A stretch of DNA of 64,000 bases from Camelus ferus (lineage: Eukaryota): NCBI RefSeq assembly GCF_009834535.1, contig NC_045696.1, positions 120,778,001-120,842,000 on the forward strand, given 5' to 3'. Shown one piece after another: positions 1 to 14,235 of the stretch (within the stretch, counting starts at the first letter, position 1; each line of letters opens with the position of its first letter). Position numbers and translations under genes: made by a program. The notes under the pieces were generated by a model. The model made no database searches, had not been told where the DNA came from, and worked only from the letters and a program-made list of their open reading frames with translations.

Positions 1-386
1 CTTGATTTTCTTTGGCTTTAGAGATCTTTCTGATTACTTGCAAGTGAAACTTGGAAAAATTTATTGTCAAAGAGTTGACCTGGAAACTTTTAATAACTCT
101 TATTTTAATACTCCTGAACTTTGCAGAGATGAGGTGTTCTCAGTTTTCCCACATAGCTAGACTTCTGTTGGGTAATTTGGGCTACCTTTGCTGCCTTGCT
201 GTTAAAAATCAGATTTCTGTCCATGTGCTGAATGAAGTGACAAACTTTGTAAAACTAGTTTTTCCTCAGGGGTGGCGTGTAAGCTTTTGGTGGTGGCTCG
301 TTTTAGAGGGTATTTACCTTTTAAAAATAAAATATTCTACTGTTTGTATTTAATCTAACTATGCCTTTCAGCCCTATCCTCTAGAC

Positions 387-480
387 CAGTGATTATTCAC
401 TTTGGCTGTACATGAGACCCACTCTGGGTAGCTTTTAAAAATGAGTGTTCTGGCTTCACCCCAGACTCACAGAGTCCCGC
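387..480. mobile_element. MER5-like hAT-Charlie MITE fragment
   Basis: cagtgattattcactttggctgtacat...ttttaaaaat...caccccagac resembles the recalled MER5A/B start. Confidence 0.5.
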
Positions 481-1164
481 TCCCCAGTGATGGGGGCCCT
501 GGACACTTGGGTTAAAACAAGAGAAGAGCCCTGTCTTAGTCTGCCCTGGCTGCTGTAGCAGAACATCATGTAGTAGGTTTGTGACGGAGCCTTACGTATA
601 TAGGACTCATTTAACTGAATTATTTACACATCTTAAATACCTGAAAGTTTCTGCAGTTTTTAAATGCATCCAATTAAAAACTTTATGGCTTGTCTTATTG
701 TCTGGGTAGATGTGGGTCATTTAGTAGAGGTAGAAGTACATAATAAAACAGTTCTTTCATTTTAGCCAGATTGGTCTGGTCACATACAAATTAAATTTCC
801 ATTGCTATGGCTTTTCGTAGTGCTCACCTCTTGTTTGGAACATTCCCTTGGCATATCTTAGCCATTCTCTGGCATCCATTCTTCATGACTTAGCTCAGGG
901 GAGTTTTCCTTGAAACCTGGGACTGTAGACAATACATTCCTGTGAAAACATGTGAAAGACATATTGTCTCTTAAAATGGTTTGCTTTCAGATGGTTAATT
1001 AAGATGGTTAACTTCAGTTAAACTTAATGTGATCGATCTTGTGTTTTATAATTCTTAAAATTGAAGCATTACTAAATCCCTCACAGATTGTTTTTAGGCT
1101 GAAATATTTGCACAATAGCGTAATAATGATATGTAGTAGCTGAGCCGAGCTTTTCTGTAGCGGC

Positions 1165-1735
1165 AGCACCTTTTAGCAGTTTCACCAACAGTGTATAGAG
1201 GTTCCAGTTTCTCTGCCTTCTCACCAGTGCTTGTTACCATCTGTCTTTAAACGTGTGTTTATCTTCATGACGTTGAGGGTCTTCTATTATGCCTATTGCT
1301 CATTTGTATATCTTCTCTGTGGGAATGTATTCATTTTTTATTTGGGTTATTTTCCCTTTTACTATTGACTTGTAAAAGTTTATACATTGTAGGTATAAGC
1401 CCCTTATCAAATAAATGACTTACAAATATTTTCTCCAACTCTGTGGGTTGTCTTTTTCTTGATGGTGTCCTTTGCAGCACAAAATTTTAAAATTTTGATG
1501 ATGTTCAATCTTTTTTCTTTTGTTTCTTATACTTTTGGTGTCATGTCTTACGACACCATGGTCAAGAAGATTTAAGCCCATATCTTCTTCTAAGAGTTTT
1601 ATAGTTTAAACGCTTACATTTAGCTCTTTGATCCATTTTTAGTTAATTTTTATATATGTTGTGAGGGAGCGGTACAGCTTTATTCTTTTTTGTGTGGTTA
1701 TCCAGTTTCCCAGCACCGTTTGTTGAAGAGTCTCC
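1165..1735 (-). mobile_element. L1 ORF2 3' fragment, antisense
   Basis: caccaacagtgtatagaggttccagtttctc...ccagtttcccagcaccgtttgttgaagag is the reverse complement of L1 ORF2 3' sequence. Confidence 0.85.
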
Positions 1736-1759
1736 CAGTATTCTTTACCATGGTGAATA

Positions 1760-3610
1760 GCGTTGCTGTCCAGCCTGTAAAACAAGCTAGAAATCTAGTG
1801 TAATTCTTGATGTGTGTACCTAGTTGATCATCACATCCTGTCATTTTTGCCTCGACTTCTGTGCCTGCACCCTGTCACCTGTCCAAGCCACACCTAGCTG
1901 TTGTTCAGACTTACGGAATAGTGTCAGTAGTGTCTAAAGTGGTGTATTCTCACCACTTTACCCTCTGCTCCTTTTATTTGCCAACCTGTGGCTTTTATTT
2001 ATTATTAATTTTTTTAGACCACAGTTCAAAGTCTTCCTTTTACTCTTAGGATCAATACAGAAATTCTACAGTGTGGCCCCTAGGGCCCTGTGGTATCGCC
2101 CCTACTTCTTTAGTCTGTTTTTGCTTTATATGTCATCTTGGTTTCTTCAGTGCAGATACTTGTCAGAGTGTTTCCATATGTTGCCTCCACCACAGCTACC
2201 AGCATGCCTGCATCCTGCCTGTGTCCCTGTGCCTTCCCACCTGCAGCTTTGAATGAACTGTCCATCCCTTATCTAAGGCCAGCTATTCTGCAGTGGGCCA
2301 AATTCCACTCCCCTCGCTGTATCAGTTGTCCTGTCTCTCTTCTGTTATTAGTTACCATTCTAATCAACATACAAGCATGCTGTTATTTCTTCCATCTTAA
2401 AAAAACAACAAACCTCCACCTCTTGATCCTACATTCCATGCTGGTTATAATCCCTTTTCCCTGCTCCTCTTTTATGTTGGAATGGGAAAGCATGATTTAT
2501 ACTTACAGCCTCTACCTTCTCTTCTGTTTTCTCTGAACCCACCTCTGTCTGATTTTTGGCCTCCATTATTCAACCACATTGAATCTCTTCTTTATTTATC
2601 TCCGTGTCACCAAGTCCTGTGAGCAGTTCTTAGTCCTTATCTGAACTTTTCAGTGACATTTGGCCCAGTCCCTTTCCAGCCTCCTTGAAATACTTGCCTC
2701 CCATGGCTTCTCTTCTGATTCTCCTTTTACCTCCGTGGTTGCTCCTTCTTGGTCTTTTCTCTTTGTTACTGCTTACCTTGGATCTCTGTATGTTAGGAGG
2801 ATGCTCCAGGAGCCTGCAGAACTCTGCCTTTTCTTCTGTGCTAATGTACGTGTTCAGGCTCACGTTCAGTACCATTTTATGTGCTCATGACACACAAGCT
2901 GGCTTCAACGTGGACCTCTCCTGTGTGCACACATGCCCACCTACCTCCTGCACTGTTCTGCCTAGATGTCTGCCAGCTAGTTCCTTTGCTTCTTTCAGAT
3001 CTCTGTCCAAATGTCTACTAGAGAGGTCACCTTGCCCACCCACTTCCCTCCCCCCTGTATAAAATGAAGCACATCCCCTCTCCCCCCCCGCTTATCCTTC
3101 TTTTCATAATTGTTTTCTGAAACATTTATTGTATCACACATTCCTTACTGGTATGTGGCTCCATGAGGTTAGAGTTCTTACCTGTGTGGTCACTTTTGTG
3201 TCCCTCCTACCGAGAACAGTGTCTGGTACACAACGAGCATTGATTACGCGTCAGAAGACTGAATACGTAAGGGAATCAGTGCCAACCTTCTTTCAGTACT
3301 TCATTCTGGCCATACTCCCCTTCCTTGGGAGCTTTGCGCATTCAGTTCCCTCTGTTCTTCCATCCCTTTTGGTAGGCGGCCTCTTGTCTTTCACTTCTAT
3401 AAGCATACTTCCTCATCCTGATGGCAGGCTCCCATACCCACGGACTTCTCCTTCCTGGCAACAGTCATTTCAGTTTCCATTTATTTGTTAAGATCTGTTT
3501 CCTATTTCCCTGTAGCTTCCCCTCACCCCTGTTTTGCTCATTGTTAAGTCCTGAGGGCCTAGCACAGAGTAGGACTCTCAGTAAATGCAGGTGTTGAAAG
3601 ACTGAATGAA
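1760..3610 (+). mobile_element. L2 LINE fragments (several)
   Basis: CT-rich degenerate RT-like segment at about 2350-2760; L2 3' ends agaacagtgtctggtacacaa (~3215) and gggcctagcacagagtagg...gaatgaa (~3555-3610). Confidence 0.65.
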
Positions 3611-5760
3611 CAAATTAAAATATTCTTACGATCCATATAACTAACAACTCAATTGAGTTGATAAATCTCTGTAACATTTCTCAAAAAGAAAATAGGATTA
3701 AAATGTAATAATTTCCATAATTTTAAGTTGACAGAATCTAGTTAGCATAAATACAGTTAACATCACTGCCTTTGGCTAACAATTTACTGTGCTGTGTCCT
3801 GCCTCCGTTGTAGAAACCCCTTCAGTGAAATCGATCCTTCTGGTAGATGGCCTCGGCCTCCCCTCTGGCTCCCAGCACTCTTCATTCTAAGTCCCGAAGT
3901 TGGTCCTTTGGTTTGGGGATTACCCTCTTTCCCATGGCAGCCCTTCAGTATATTTAGAGAGTAATCATCCTTCCCTTTCTGTGTCAGATCCTTTATTAAA
4001 TGAAATGGTGTCACTTCCTTCTGCTGAAATTTTTGAGCCCCTCTGGGCCCATGGAATGCTCCTGACGGACTGTATGTAACGTGTGTTCCAACATAGTTCC
4101 TGTCTGTGTACCAACTACCAAAGGATTACTTAAAAAAGATTTCACGAGTAAGGCTCTTGTCCTGCATATTGGATGCTAGAGATGGGAATTTCCAGTATAT
4201 TAATGATAGGAAAGTATGCTTAATAGAATTATTGCAAATCTAGCTTTACTAACTTGATTAGTATTTTAGTTCTGTATTGAGCTCATTATACTACTGAATA
4301 TGTACATATAAATATTAAATAGTTTGGGGAGAAAATGGTTATTTGCTTATTATTGGTGAGTCAAGTGCTGTATTAATGGATGTAGTCCCCAAATAACTTC
4401 AGGCACTGTTTTTCCTCATGTTATATATGAAGAAAGTGAGGGTCGAGAACCTTGGAAATAAGATTTTCTTGATCCCTCTATCACTGCAGGCAGTGTAAAC
4501 ATATTTGATCCCTTTTAATTTTTCTTTATGATCTCACAAGATAAAATAACCATGTCAAGAACAATCATCTGTTTCCAATTTCCTCAGAATTTTGGTTACT
4601 AATATTTTCTCATTAAAAGAAAAATACTCTTTTTTTCTTTAAAATACTTAAATATTTAACAATACTTTTTTTCCATAGTTATTTACAATTTTATGGAGTA
4701 AGTACAAAGATTTTTTTTAATGGATATAGGCCTCTACAGTGACAGACACTTTAATAATAATAGAAACTTAAATTATTATTATTTTTTGACCTTATTTATT
4801 GTTTTAAAGAAGTGTTGCCTCAAAAAAATTTTAGGGAAATATTTTATCCTGAAAATGTTTATTATTCAAGGTTGAGAACATTTCACCTGAGACTTTAAAG
4901 ATTTGTATCTTGGCAGTAAGATGACCACTTCAGTTTCAGTGTTGTTTAAAAATCAGTGGATGTGTGGCAACTGAAGTGTTTTGTTCTCTGAAGTTTCTGT
5001 GGAGCACTTTTGTCTCCCATTCTTTTGCTTTTCCAAAACTTTTTGTCTATAAAGAATCTCACTGTAGAACCTAAGATGAGTATGGATTGGGGATTTATTT
5101 CCAGAAGTGTATTAAACACTTTTCTGCAGACAGTTACTTACGAAGCTGCACTGAGAAGGCACCATGGTTTCCACCTTTTCTATGACTTACTCTGCTCTCT
5201 CACAGCCCCTGCACTCACCTGTGTGTCCTCCACTGGTCCAGGCTCTCTGGGGAGTAGGTCTGTAAGCCTGACTTTCTGTCATGGTGCTTGGTGCTTCGGT
5301 ACAGGAGCCTGGTGTCCTTCCTGTAAAGTTGAGAAATGAGCTGATACCAGGAGTAGTTAAGATGGAGGAAGCTTAGCTGTTCTTGTCGTGTTAAACATAA
5401 TGAGTTCAGAGGATTATGACTGCGTGTAATCACCAGGCTCTGCTAGACAGGACATTTAGCAGGACAGGACATTTTTACTCATTACATTGCTGTAGAAGTA
5501 GCATCTTTTATTTAATGTGAAAATTATTTTGTGTTCTGGCTAACACTGGTGACTTAACTTTTGCAATGTGCTTCCTGGGATAGCCAATAGTTAGTGTAAA
5601 ATTATCTTATTAGGACTAGATACTCATTATTAGTCTGAAAATACTTGTTTTCTAACTGTGAAAACAAGTTTCTGGGAACATTTGGACTTGCATTGTTTTT
5701 CTAGACTGCATTAGAATTGTTTGATCTATTCAAATATTTTCCTTTGGTTTTATTCCCTAG

Positions 5761-5898
<138 letters not shown>

Positions 5899-5924
5899 TA
5901 GATAGTAAAATAAGTCACATAGAC

Positions 5925-6124
5925 TCTACAGGTAAGTGCCGTCTAATAGAATTTTCTGTGATGAGAGAAATACTCTGTTCTGCACCGTCTAGTGCGGTAG
6001 CCACTAGTTAAACATGACGATTGAGTACTTGAAATACAGATAGTTTAGGGGAGGAACTGAATTTAATTTGTATTCATGAACATTTAAATAGCTGCATGTG
6101 GCTGATTGGTTGGTGCAGCTCTAG
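5925..6124. mobile_element. MER3-like hAT-Charlie MITE
   Basis: tctaatagaattttctgtgatga...ggtagccactagt...ttgagtacttgaaat...gaggaactgaattt...tttaaatagctgcatgtggct matches recalled MER3. Confidence 0.8.
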
Positions 6125-6944
6125 ATTAATAGCATTGCTCGCACTGCTAGTGCTCATGAGCCTTTGTGTTAGGAAAGAAATCAGTTATTTATATAAGTAG
6201 AGTTAGTTTATCTTTGTTTTCTAAAGTAAAGTAAAAGCCAGGTACAAGTTCAGAACTGCAAATAAACCTTGCTTATGTAATTTAATCCCTTCCTAGTTTT
6301 AAAAAGCACAATCTAATGAAACATGAAGAAAAGAATATTTTTTATTTTTCCTTCAGAACTCACATATATTAACGATGGCATTAAACACATTGGATGTCCT
6401 TTTTTTTGAGGCTCTTTGCGGGAGGGTTGTATTTATGTTCTGTTTTAAAACCATTAACTTTAAATATACTTAATTGTTGCAAGATTCTGTTATTGAACTC
6501 TGTTATAAAGCTTTTGGCCACATAAACTAATTTTTTTAGAGATGCATGTAATTTCATTCTTTAATGGTAGTTAAAATAATAAGTCATGAGAGACAGTGAC
6601 TAAAGAATGTAGGTGGTGTTCACAAAACAGAAACTGTCCCAAGAACCAGTTCATCCTAACTTCATTATTTTGAGTAATTTAGGAACCACAGATTTTTTGC
6701 CTGGCATAATAATACAGCCCAAGAGCAAATGGTAATACCAATCTCAGAGAACAAGAAAGATACAGATATTTTGGAGAAACTAAGTTTAGAAAACAGCAGA
6801 ACAACAGTGAAAACAAAGAAAACTAGTTAAAATGTACTGATATTTTGCTTTCTATACTGTCATGTTGCTGGTTTGTGTTATTCCTCTGTCCCTGTAGAAA
6901 ATCTTTTTTTTTTAATTAAACTATCTTGTTGCTTACATTAAAAA

Positions 6945-7200
6945 AAATTATTGAGGTGTAATTTACATAAAATTTAGTGTACCCATATTAAATGTACAGC
7001 TTCTATTTTGACAAATGTAACCATTACCACAACTAAGGTACAGAAAATTGTCATCACTCCAAAAGTCTCCACATGTTTCTTTGCAGTGAGCCCTCCCAGG
7101 GCCTCTGGCCCCAGGCAGCCACTGATGTGCTGCTCTCACCCTGGAGTGGTTTGACTGCTGTAGAAGTTCCTGTAAATGTGATTGTACAATGTGTACTTTT
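6945..7200 (-). mobile_element. L1MB-like 3' end, antisense
   Basis: ttattgaggtgtaatttacata...ttttgacaaatgta...tcatcactccaaaagt...gccccaggcagccactgat. Confidence 0.75.
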
Positions 7201-7259
7201 TTTTTCCTTTTTGTTCTCTGCTAACGTTTTCAGTAACTTTTATTTGTAAAATCTAATAG

Positions 7260-7481
<222 letters not shown>

Positions 7482-7694
7482 TAAAAAGTATTTCTTACCT
7501 AAATTTTTTTGTTTGTTAGAATTTACTGTCAGGTTGGAATTTCTGTAAATTTTAGTGTTTGAATCTTTAAGGGCTTGTGGATGTATCACTTGGATGTGGT
7601 GTAGTTTCCTTTGCAGGCGTCTAACTTACACAATTTTAATTATAGGAATGATATTATTTTTTAAAGTAATATAGCTAGCTTAGAAAATTAGTAG

Positions 7695-8460
7695 AAGTAA
7701 GTTAGGTACTTTGAATCCAGACTGCCTGGGTACAAGTCCCACCTTTCTTTCTTACTAACTGTGTGCTCTTTATTGTCCTCTGAGCCTTATCTGTAAAAGG
7801 GGGTTAATAATCTTAGAAGATTTAAGCTATCAATAGATGATACCTATTTTTAATTGTATTTCATCAATATCCTAGTCTTTTCAGAAAGATTTACTGTAGG
7901 ATTTTTCTTATCTTGATAATAAGTATGTTAATGTGAAAAGCTGTAAGGACTCCTTCAGTTAGTTTTCAACTTGTAGAGCTAGTTTTCTAGACAAATAAAT
8001 TCTTTTTAGTAAAGAAACTTTCTAATGCCTTCTAACCTGCAGGTTCTTTTTCAAAAAAGACTTGTGTTTAACTTTTCTGAAGGGTTTTGCCTGTTAATGA
8101 GCCAGAATTTACCAGTTTTAACTTTATTAAATGAGTTTTTTTTAAGTAGAAAAATAGAGTTGTTAAAGAAGAACCTTGTATCTGTCTTGTTTTCATGGAA
8201 TATTTTATATGCATATCTGTGTTCTCATATTTACCAGATTTCTACATTACCTAAAATTTCAAAAGGTTTACTCTGGATTTACAAATTACAGTGATTTGAT
8301 TTACACTAGGCAGGGTGACTTAATATTTTGCTTTCTTGATTCTGTTTCATAGCTAGAGTACCTGAGTCATGGGTTGCTGTGAGAATGAAATGAAACAGTG
8401 CCTGTAACGCAGTTAAGCTAGCACAGCAGTAATTGACAGTAAATACCAAGTGTTAGTCAC
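7695..8460 (+). mobile_element. MIR SINE in two halves (7695-7811 and about 8357-8460)
   Basis: ccagactgcctgggtacaagtccc...tctgtaaaagggggttaataat, then agtacctgagtcatgggttgctgtgagaatgaaatga. Confidence 0.65.
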
Positions 8461-8919
8461 AGAGCGCTGGGCGACTCTTCCCCCCTGCAGAGAACACTGG
8501 ACTTGTTGATCTGCAGACACATGTCTGGGACGTGGTCATCTGTCAGGAGGGGTTCTCAGCATCGTGGGGCAGCTCCTTTAGGGGAAGTAAAATGATCACG
8601 GGCCTTGCTCACAGGCTGTGGTGGTAACAGCTCACCTTTGCGGGTTTTATAGTTTACTTTAATACACGTTCTTAGTTAATCTTTAGCACGGATTTTGGTA
8701 CAAGGTACCATTGTAGACAAAGAACCTCCAGGGCTTAAAAACATGCAGGCCACATGCCAGTCGAGCTGGATTCAAACCCGGGTACCCTGACTCAGTCATA
8801 TGCGTGGTTTGTCAGCCCTGAACCGTGTTGCAGTTGTGGTTTTATTCTGCTCTTGCAGTGACTTTCAATCCTCTGTGCGTTAGAGTCACTTGGGGAGCGC
8901 TTTAAACGTGCTGAAGGCT

Positions 8920-9030
8920 GGGCCCTGTGCCCAGAGATGCTAATTTAGTTGCTCTGGTGTGAACCTGGGCATTTGTTAGAAGTTTTTCACAAGATTCTGA
9001 TGCAAGCAGAGCTGCACCCCTACTAAAGCA
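8920..9030. mobile_element. MER5A-like fragment
   Basis: cccagagatgctaatttagttgctctggtgtgaacctgggcatt...gattctgatgca. Confidence 0.55.
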
Positions 9031-9842
9031 AGTAGGAGTGGTGCCTTCTAACATCACAGTTACCATGCCTGGGGGCTGGGGCTCTCTGTTGGGATGCATG
9101 CTTTGCAAAGTTGCTTTGCAGTTTTGACAGCAGTTGGCACCATTTCATCAGAGGAAGACATTCTGGCAACAGAGCTCTAAAGTTTAAGGAGTAGGATGTC
9201 CCACTGGAAGATCTGGGGTGGCTTGATGCTTGGTCACGTAAGGGCTGCCTGATTGAGTTGCTGCTGTGGTTTTGTTTCTTTGGATGCTTTTCCCTCTGCT
9301 AGGTAGGGATCAGAAAAACCAATGCTGGGAAGATCTTCTGCTTCTCCTGTGGGGAGGATCTTACTGTATGCTCTTAACCCCCAGGGGGTTGTTCTGTGGT
9401 ACGTGGGTCAACCGCACAATTGTTGTCTACACCAGTTTACTTAGAATAGGAACGCTGAGGGATGTTTGAATTTCGTAGCTTAGGTATTCTACCCAATGTG
9501 TAGCCTAAATCTTTAGCTTAAAAATCATTTTCCATTTATTCTAACCCCAGTGGAAATTCAGAACAGCTTTATTTATTAAATTAATATACTAAAAAGACAT
9601 GTGAACTATAAGGAATTGGTAAATTGTTAGTTTTAAGTATTAATATTTAACTTTCTTTTTTTCCTGAAAAGGAGCTGTTAAGAGATGGTGGCTTGTAACA
9701 AACTTTTTTTTTGTCAATTGAAGACATATAAAAATAAACCAAATGTAGATTCTTGTTGAATTTCCTAATCATGCTCTGATAGTTTACTTTTTTAAGCTTC
9801 TGCTGTGATAGAACCCAACTGTTGTTCATACAAAACTGTTGA

Positions 9843-10004
<162 letters not shown>

Positions 10005-10492
10005 TAGGATTGACTTTCATTTTAGAAAATGAATTGAGAAATGCCTGAATGTTTCTTCTGGTTTTTTGGCTAAAATCCAAATTCTGGTTTTAGTTGCAGT
10101 GATCTCAGGTAACATTCAAGGGTCTGTGATTGGCATGCCTGAGAGTTATTTACCAATCTGATAATTTCACAGATATGAAATATTTTATAATAATTTTCCA
10201 TTTAATATTCAGTTTATCTTAATTTACAGTTGAGAATATCTTTTCACTACTTGTGAACTGAAGTCTGAAGTACTTGAAATTAAAAATATTACTTAACAAT
10301 GCACACTACATTTACTATGTAAGATTTTATTCCTTCCAGCTAGGTTATTCTGGCTTTCAATAAAGATTCCTCATCTTTTTTTCTTTTTTCTTGCCCCCCC
10401 ATTTCATTGTAGTATAAAAATTTGTAGCAAGTACAAGCATTGATTAGAGCAAGTTTGTTATGCTTAAGAACACAGCAGAAATGAATACAGAG

Positions 10493-11811
10493 CTGTGGTT
10501 CTCGAGCTCTTGCTTGTGGACACCAGCAGTCTCTGAGACCCTTTCAGGGAGCATGTGAGAATCACAGATATTTTCATCATGCTAAAACGTTATTTGTATT
10601 TTTGATAACAGACATTTGCATCAATGGCGTAAAAGTGATGGAGGCTTGAATCAAAATAATGGCACCAAACTGCCTAGTAGTCGTTGTTTTCTTCCGTTGT
10701 TTTTCTTAGCAGTGTTTTTGATAAAACAGGAAAAATTAATTTCATTAAATCTTGATCCTTAAGTACCTTCCTTTTTAATGTTCTGGGGATTAAATGGGAA
10801 GTACGCATCAAGGACTCTTGTCTTTTGAAATGTGGTGATTGTCTCAAGGAGCGGCCATGTGGCGAGCTGAACTAGCCTTTTACTTGAAAGAATGACTGAT
10901 AGACAAACTGTGGTTATTAAAGCCTGGATAACTGGCACATTTTTGTTTGAAAGTGAATGAAATGAGCCTGTCACTACAAGAAAAACAACTGACAGAATTT
11001 GTTGCTGATGGTAAAATTCAAGCTTTAAAATGATTAGAATTTTGCCAAAGGTTAATGCATTATTTTATACTGAATAACTTCCCAGTATTTAAGACTTTAT
11101 TCTAATGAGATCAGCAGTGATTTCAGTGAATCTGTTTTTTTTAATTATCAGGAAATGTATCAACATTTGAAAGATTCGAATAACCAAGTGAAGCAGTCTT
11201 TTCTGAATAACCAGAGTGCATGATGATACAAAGTATTCAGTGATAAAAGATCCATTCAAAATGCAGAAGAGATCAATAAATTTTGATATAATGGATTATG
11301 AAAAGTTCATTGATATAGTTTTAGATTCTACATTGTGAATTACTTTTAAAGTAGCTAACAGTTGTCTAATTTTGGTGTAGAAGCTGTGAATGATATCCAC
11401 AGTCATCTGAAAAGGCTTTTTAAAATACTCTTCCCTTTTCCAGTAATATCTGTATGAGGCTGAGTGTTCTTTGTATACTTTAGCCTAATCAACATATTGC
11501 AGTAGATGTGAATACAGAAGCAGATATGAGAATCCAGCTTTTTATTAAAGCAGACATTAAAGATGGAAAAATGAAAACCCTGCCACTATTCTCAAAATTT
11601 TTTTGCATGAAAAAAATTTTTCCTAAAAAATGTATGCGCTACATCTAATGGGCTTATTATTTATTTAGATGAATTAATAAGTAGAAGTTAAATTGAACAA
11701 TTGAGAAAGTACTTTGTATGGTAAATATCAGTGACTATAACCCACATAAGCAAAAGCTGGTCCTCAGTTTGCACGTAAAGAGGCCCTGAGATCAGAACAC
11801 TTGAGGAGCTG
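10493..11811. mobile_element. Charlie1/Charlie1a-like hAT DNA transposon remnant (~1.3 kb)
   Basis: Start ctgtggttctcga...gagaccctttcaggg...aacgttatttg and end taacccacataagcaaaagct...gccctgagatcagaacacttgaggagctg match recalled Charlie1a termini. Confidence 0.8.
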
Positions 11812-12005
11812 TTCTCAGGGAGGCAGGCGCCTCCGCGGTCGATGTCTCCCCCACGTGCTGCGAGGCAGAGTTGTGATTCCTTCTCCAGCCGATCTCGGTG
11901 CTGAGTGTCTGGTGTCTTGGGGCTGAAGAGAGAAATAACGTGGTTAGTAGTTGTTTCAGAGGCTGCAGTGTCTGATTTAAAAGGTGGTTTCTCTGTCCTG
12001 TTTAG

Positions 12006-12041
12006 GCAATACTCATCGTCGTCACGGTTGCCTTTGTTCAG
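12006..12041 (+). CDS. ATP2C1: ATP2C1 small exon (36 nt) AILIVVTVAFVQ (TM2)
   Basis: tttag| acceptor and CAG|gtaagt donor; fills the gap between the flanking exons in frame. Confidence 0.95.
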
Positions 12042-14061
12042 GTAAGTAGCCTATTTTGCCAACATAAAAGTGATATTTTAGTTCATTGCTTAAAAAATTA
12101 AGGTGGCTTATGTTGAAATGTTTGGGAGGATGGTTATAGTGGTCAGAACAATTTATTCTTTGTTTTTGAAATAATTTCAGAAATAACAACTCTCCAGGGA
12201 AGTTTGTGGGACTACCTTGACTTTGGTTTGGGTAGTGGCATGAAGGAAATCTAGCTTTTTATTTGATGGTGTTAAAGATAGCTGAAGCAGATGAACACAA
12301 AAAGTACAGTGATAGAAATAAAATCCAGCAATAGGTTTTTAAATTTTTTCCAGTTAAAAAATTGGGCCAGGGTTCAAATACCTCACTCCTCCAGGGAAGG
12401 GGTGTTATGATCTGGATCAAACTCCCTATTCTGCATAGACGTTGAAACAGTAAATAACATATATGAAAATACATTAAAATTAATGTGAATAATGTAGAGA
12501 TAATATGTGGATTCTGTTGACAAGTATAGGCATAAATAAAAACATAGGCTTTGTGTCATGTTTAAATATATGATAACTTCTGCAGATGTTAGGGAAATGT
12601 TGGCTGGTCCCATTTTATTAGCTAAAAGTTTTAAAACATGATTAATAAGACTAGAAAGATTGTTCTAAAAACAAAAAAGACTAGAAGCATTATTCTAGTT
12701 TATGAGGAAAATGTAATATGTCATATGATCCTGGAGTTCATGTTGTTTTGAATCTTAAGACTATATTTGATGTGACCATGGTTATTTTCACATCTATGAT
12801 GTATTCATTGGGTGTTTCCTGTCATTATCCAGGCCTCCTATAGTAATCTCTAACTTAGTAAGATACTTGTTTTATAGTAACCCAGTTAGAATCAGATTAT
12901 CTGCAGCAAGTTTGTGAGTTCCATTAGTATACCATCAGGGATCCTGTTTCTAGGGAACCCTCTTGTTTAGAGCAGATAGAAGTTGCCTTACGGCTGGTGG
13001 AGGGGTGAGTTTAGCAGAAGTCATTCCAGGCGGGCATCATTCAACATAGCTGTTCATTTGGTCATGTGGGTGGTACAGCCCACTGGACCAGTAACTGGAG
13101 CCTCTCACATCTTTAATGATGCTACAGATGTATGCAGTGGCTTTCTTCAGGGTCCCTCCAGTATTGTCCCTGTGTATAGACCTTAGTAGCTTGTTCTTTT
13201 GGTAAATAGCCCTACCCTCAAAAAATTATACAAAGTTGCTATTTTAACATACTCAGTGGAATTTTCCCAAAGACAGTGTGTTGTATAATATACCTTAAAT
13301 GCAGTGACTGAAACCATCTGGCACATATCTTTATAATAGGTTCATTTGAAGGAAAACTTAAGAATCAAAACATTTATGAAATGCCCAGTTTCAGATTGGT
13401 AGGTCTGGCTTCTTATGCAGATGTGAGCCTTTTCCCCAGATACGTTTATGAAACCAACAAAATATTCTATAAACAGCAATTAAAAACACTCTCTAAAAGG
13501 ATCCTATTTGCTGTCAGTTGAACATACCATAATGACTGGTCAAAAAACTCTCTCAAAAATCTATCAGAAAGTCTTAATTCTTCATCATTATTTATATTTG
13601 TGTTTTTACCTGTGTTTTAGGCAGAGAGTGCTTTTCATATTCTTTTACGATTTACGTCTGTCTTTCCCCCTCTTCCTGAGCTCCATGCCTCATCCCATTG
13701 TACACCCTTGCAGCCTTAAAAATAGCTAATTGTTCTATTTAGTCACATATTGATGCCACCTTACAATGAATTTAAGATTTAACTTTTAGGTGTTTATTTG
13801 AGATGGCTGTGAAGTTTTTGATGGTGTATTGAAGGATCATTTTGATGTAGAGGTATCTTTGTAGTTATAGGGAGTAAGGGCTAAGAAGTCTGAAGAGGGA
13901 GGTTCAGCCTTCCTCTCCCTCTTCAGTTTGGGCAGATACTGTCATTTAGTACTAGGATCTAGGATTGGTGAGTGTTTCCTAGCTTTTTACAGAATTTGGG
14001 GGGAAAACTTCCAAATTCCTTAATACACTTGGTGTGGTTGGGGGAGGGGTGTCTTATAATT

Positions 14062-14235
14062 TTTTTTTTAAATTGAAATATACTTGGCATACACTGTTGT
14101 TAGTTCTGGGCACACTACACAGTGATTTGATCCTAGCATGAGTTAGGAAATGGTCACTGTGATAAGTCTAGTGACCACCCATCCCCATACAAAGTTATTA
14201 CAATATTATTGACCATATTCCTTGGCTGTGTATTG
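14062..14235 (-). mobile_element. Short L1 3' end, antisense
   Basis: T-tract followed by aattgaaatatacttggcatac...gataagtctagtgaccacc...attgaccatattccttggctgtg. Confidence 0.75.

Noticed and set aside
1861..3491. Cluster of overlapping 60-132 aa ORFs, some resembling signal peptides
   Set aside because: They lie in CT-rich L2 remnants that give Leu/Ser/Pro-rich spurious ORFs, with no splice or homology support.
11820..11900. Small CpG-rich patch upstream of the 36-nt exon, considered as an internal promoter
   Set aside because: It is under 100 bp, far too short for a CpG island, and no other promoter evidence is visible.
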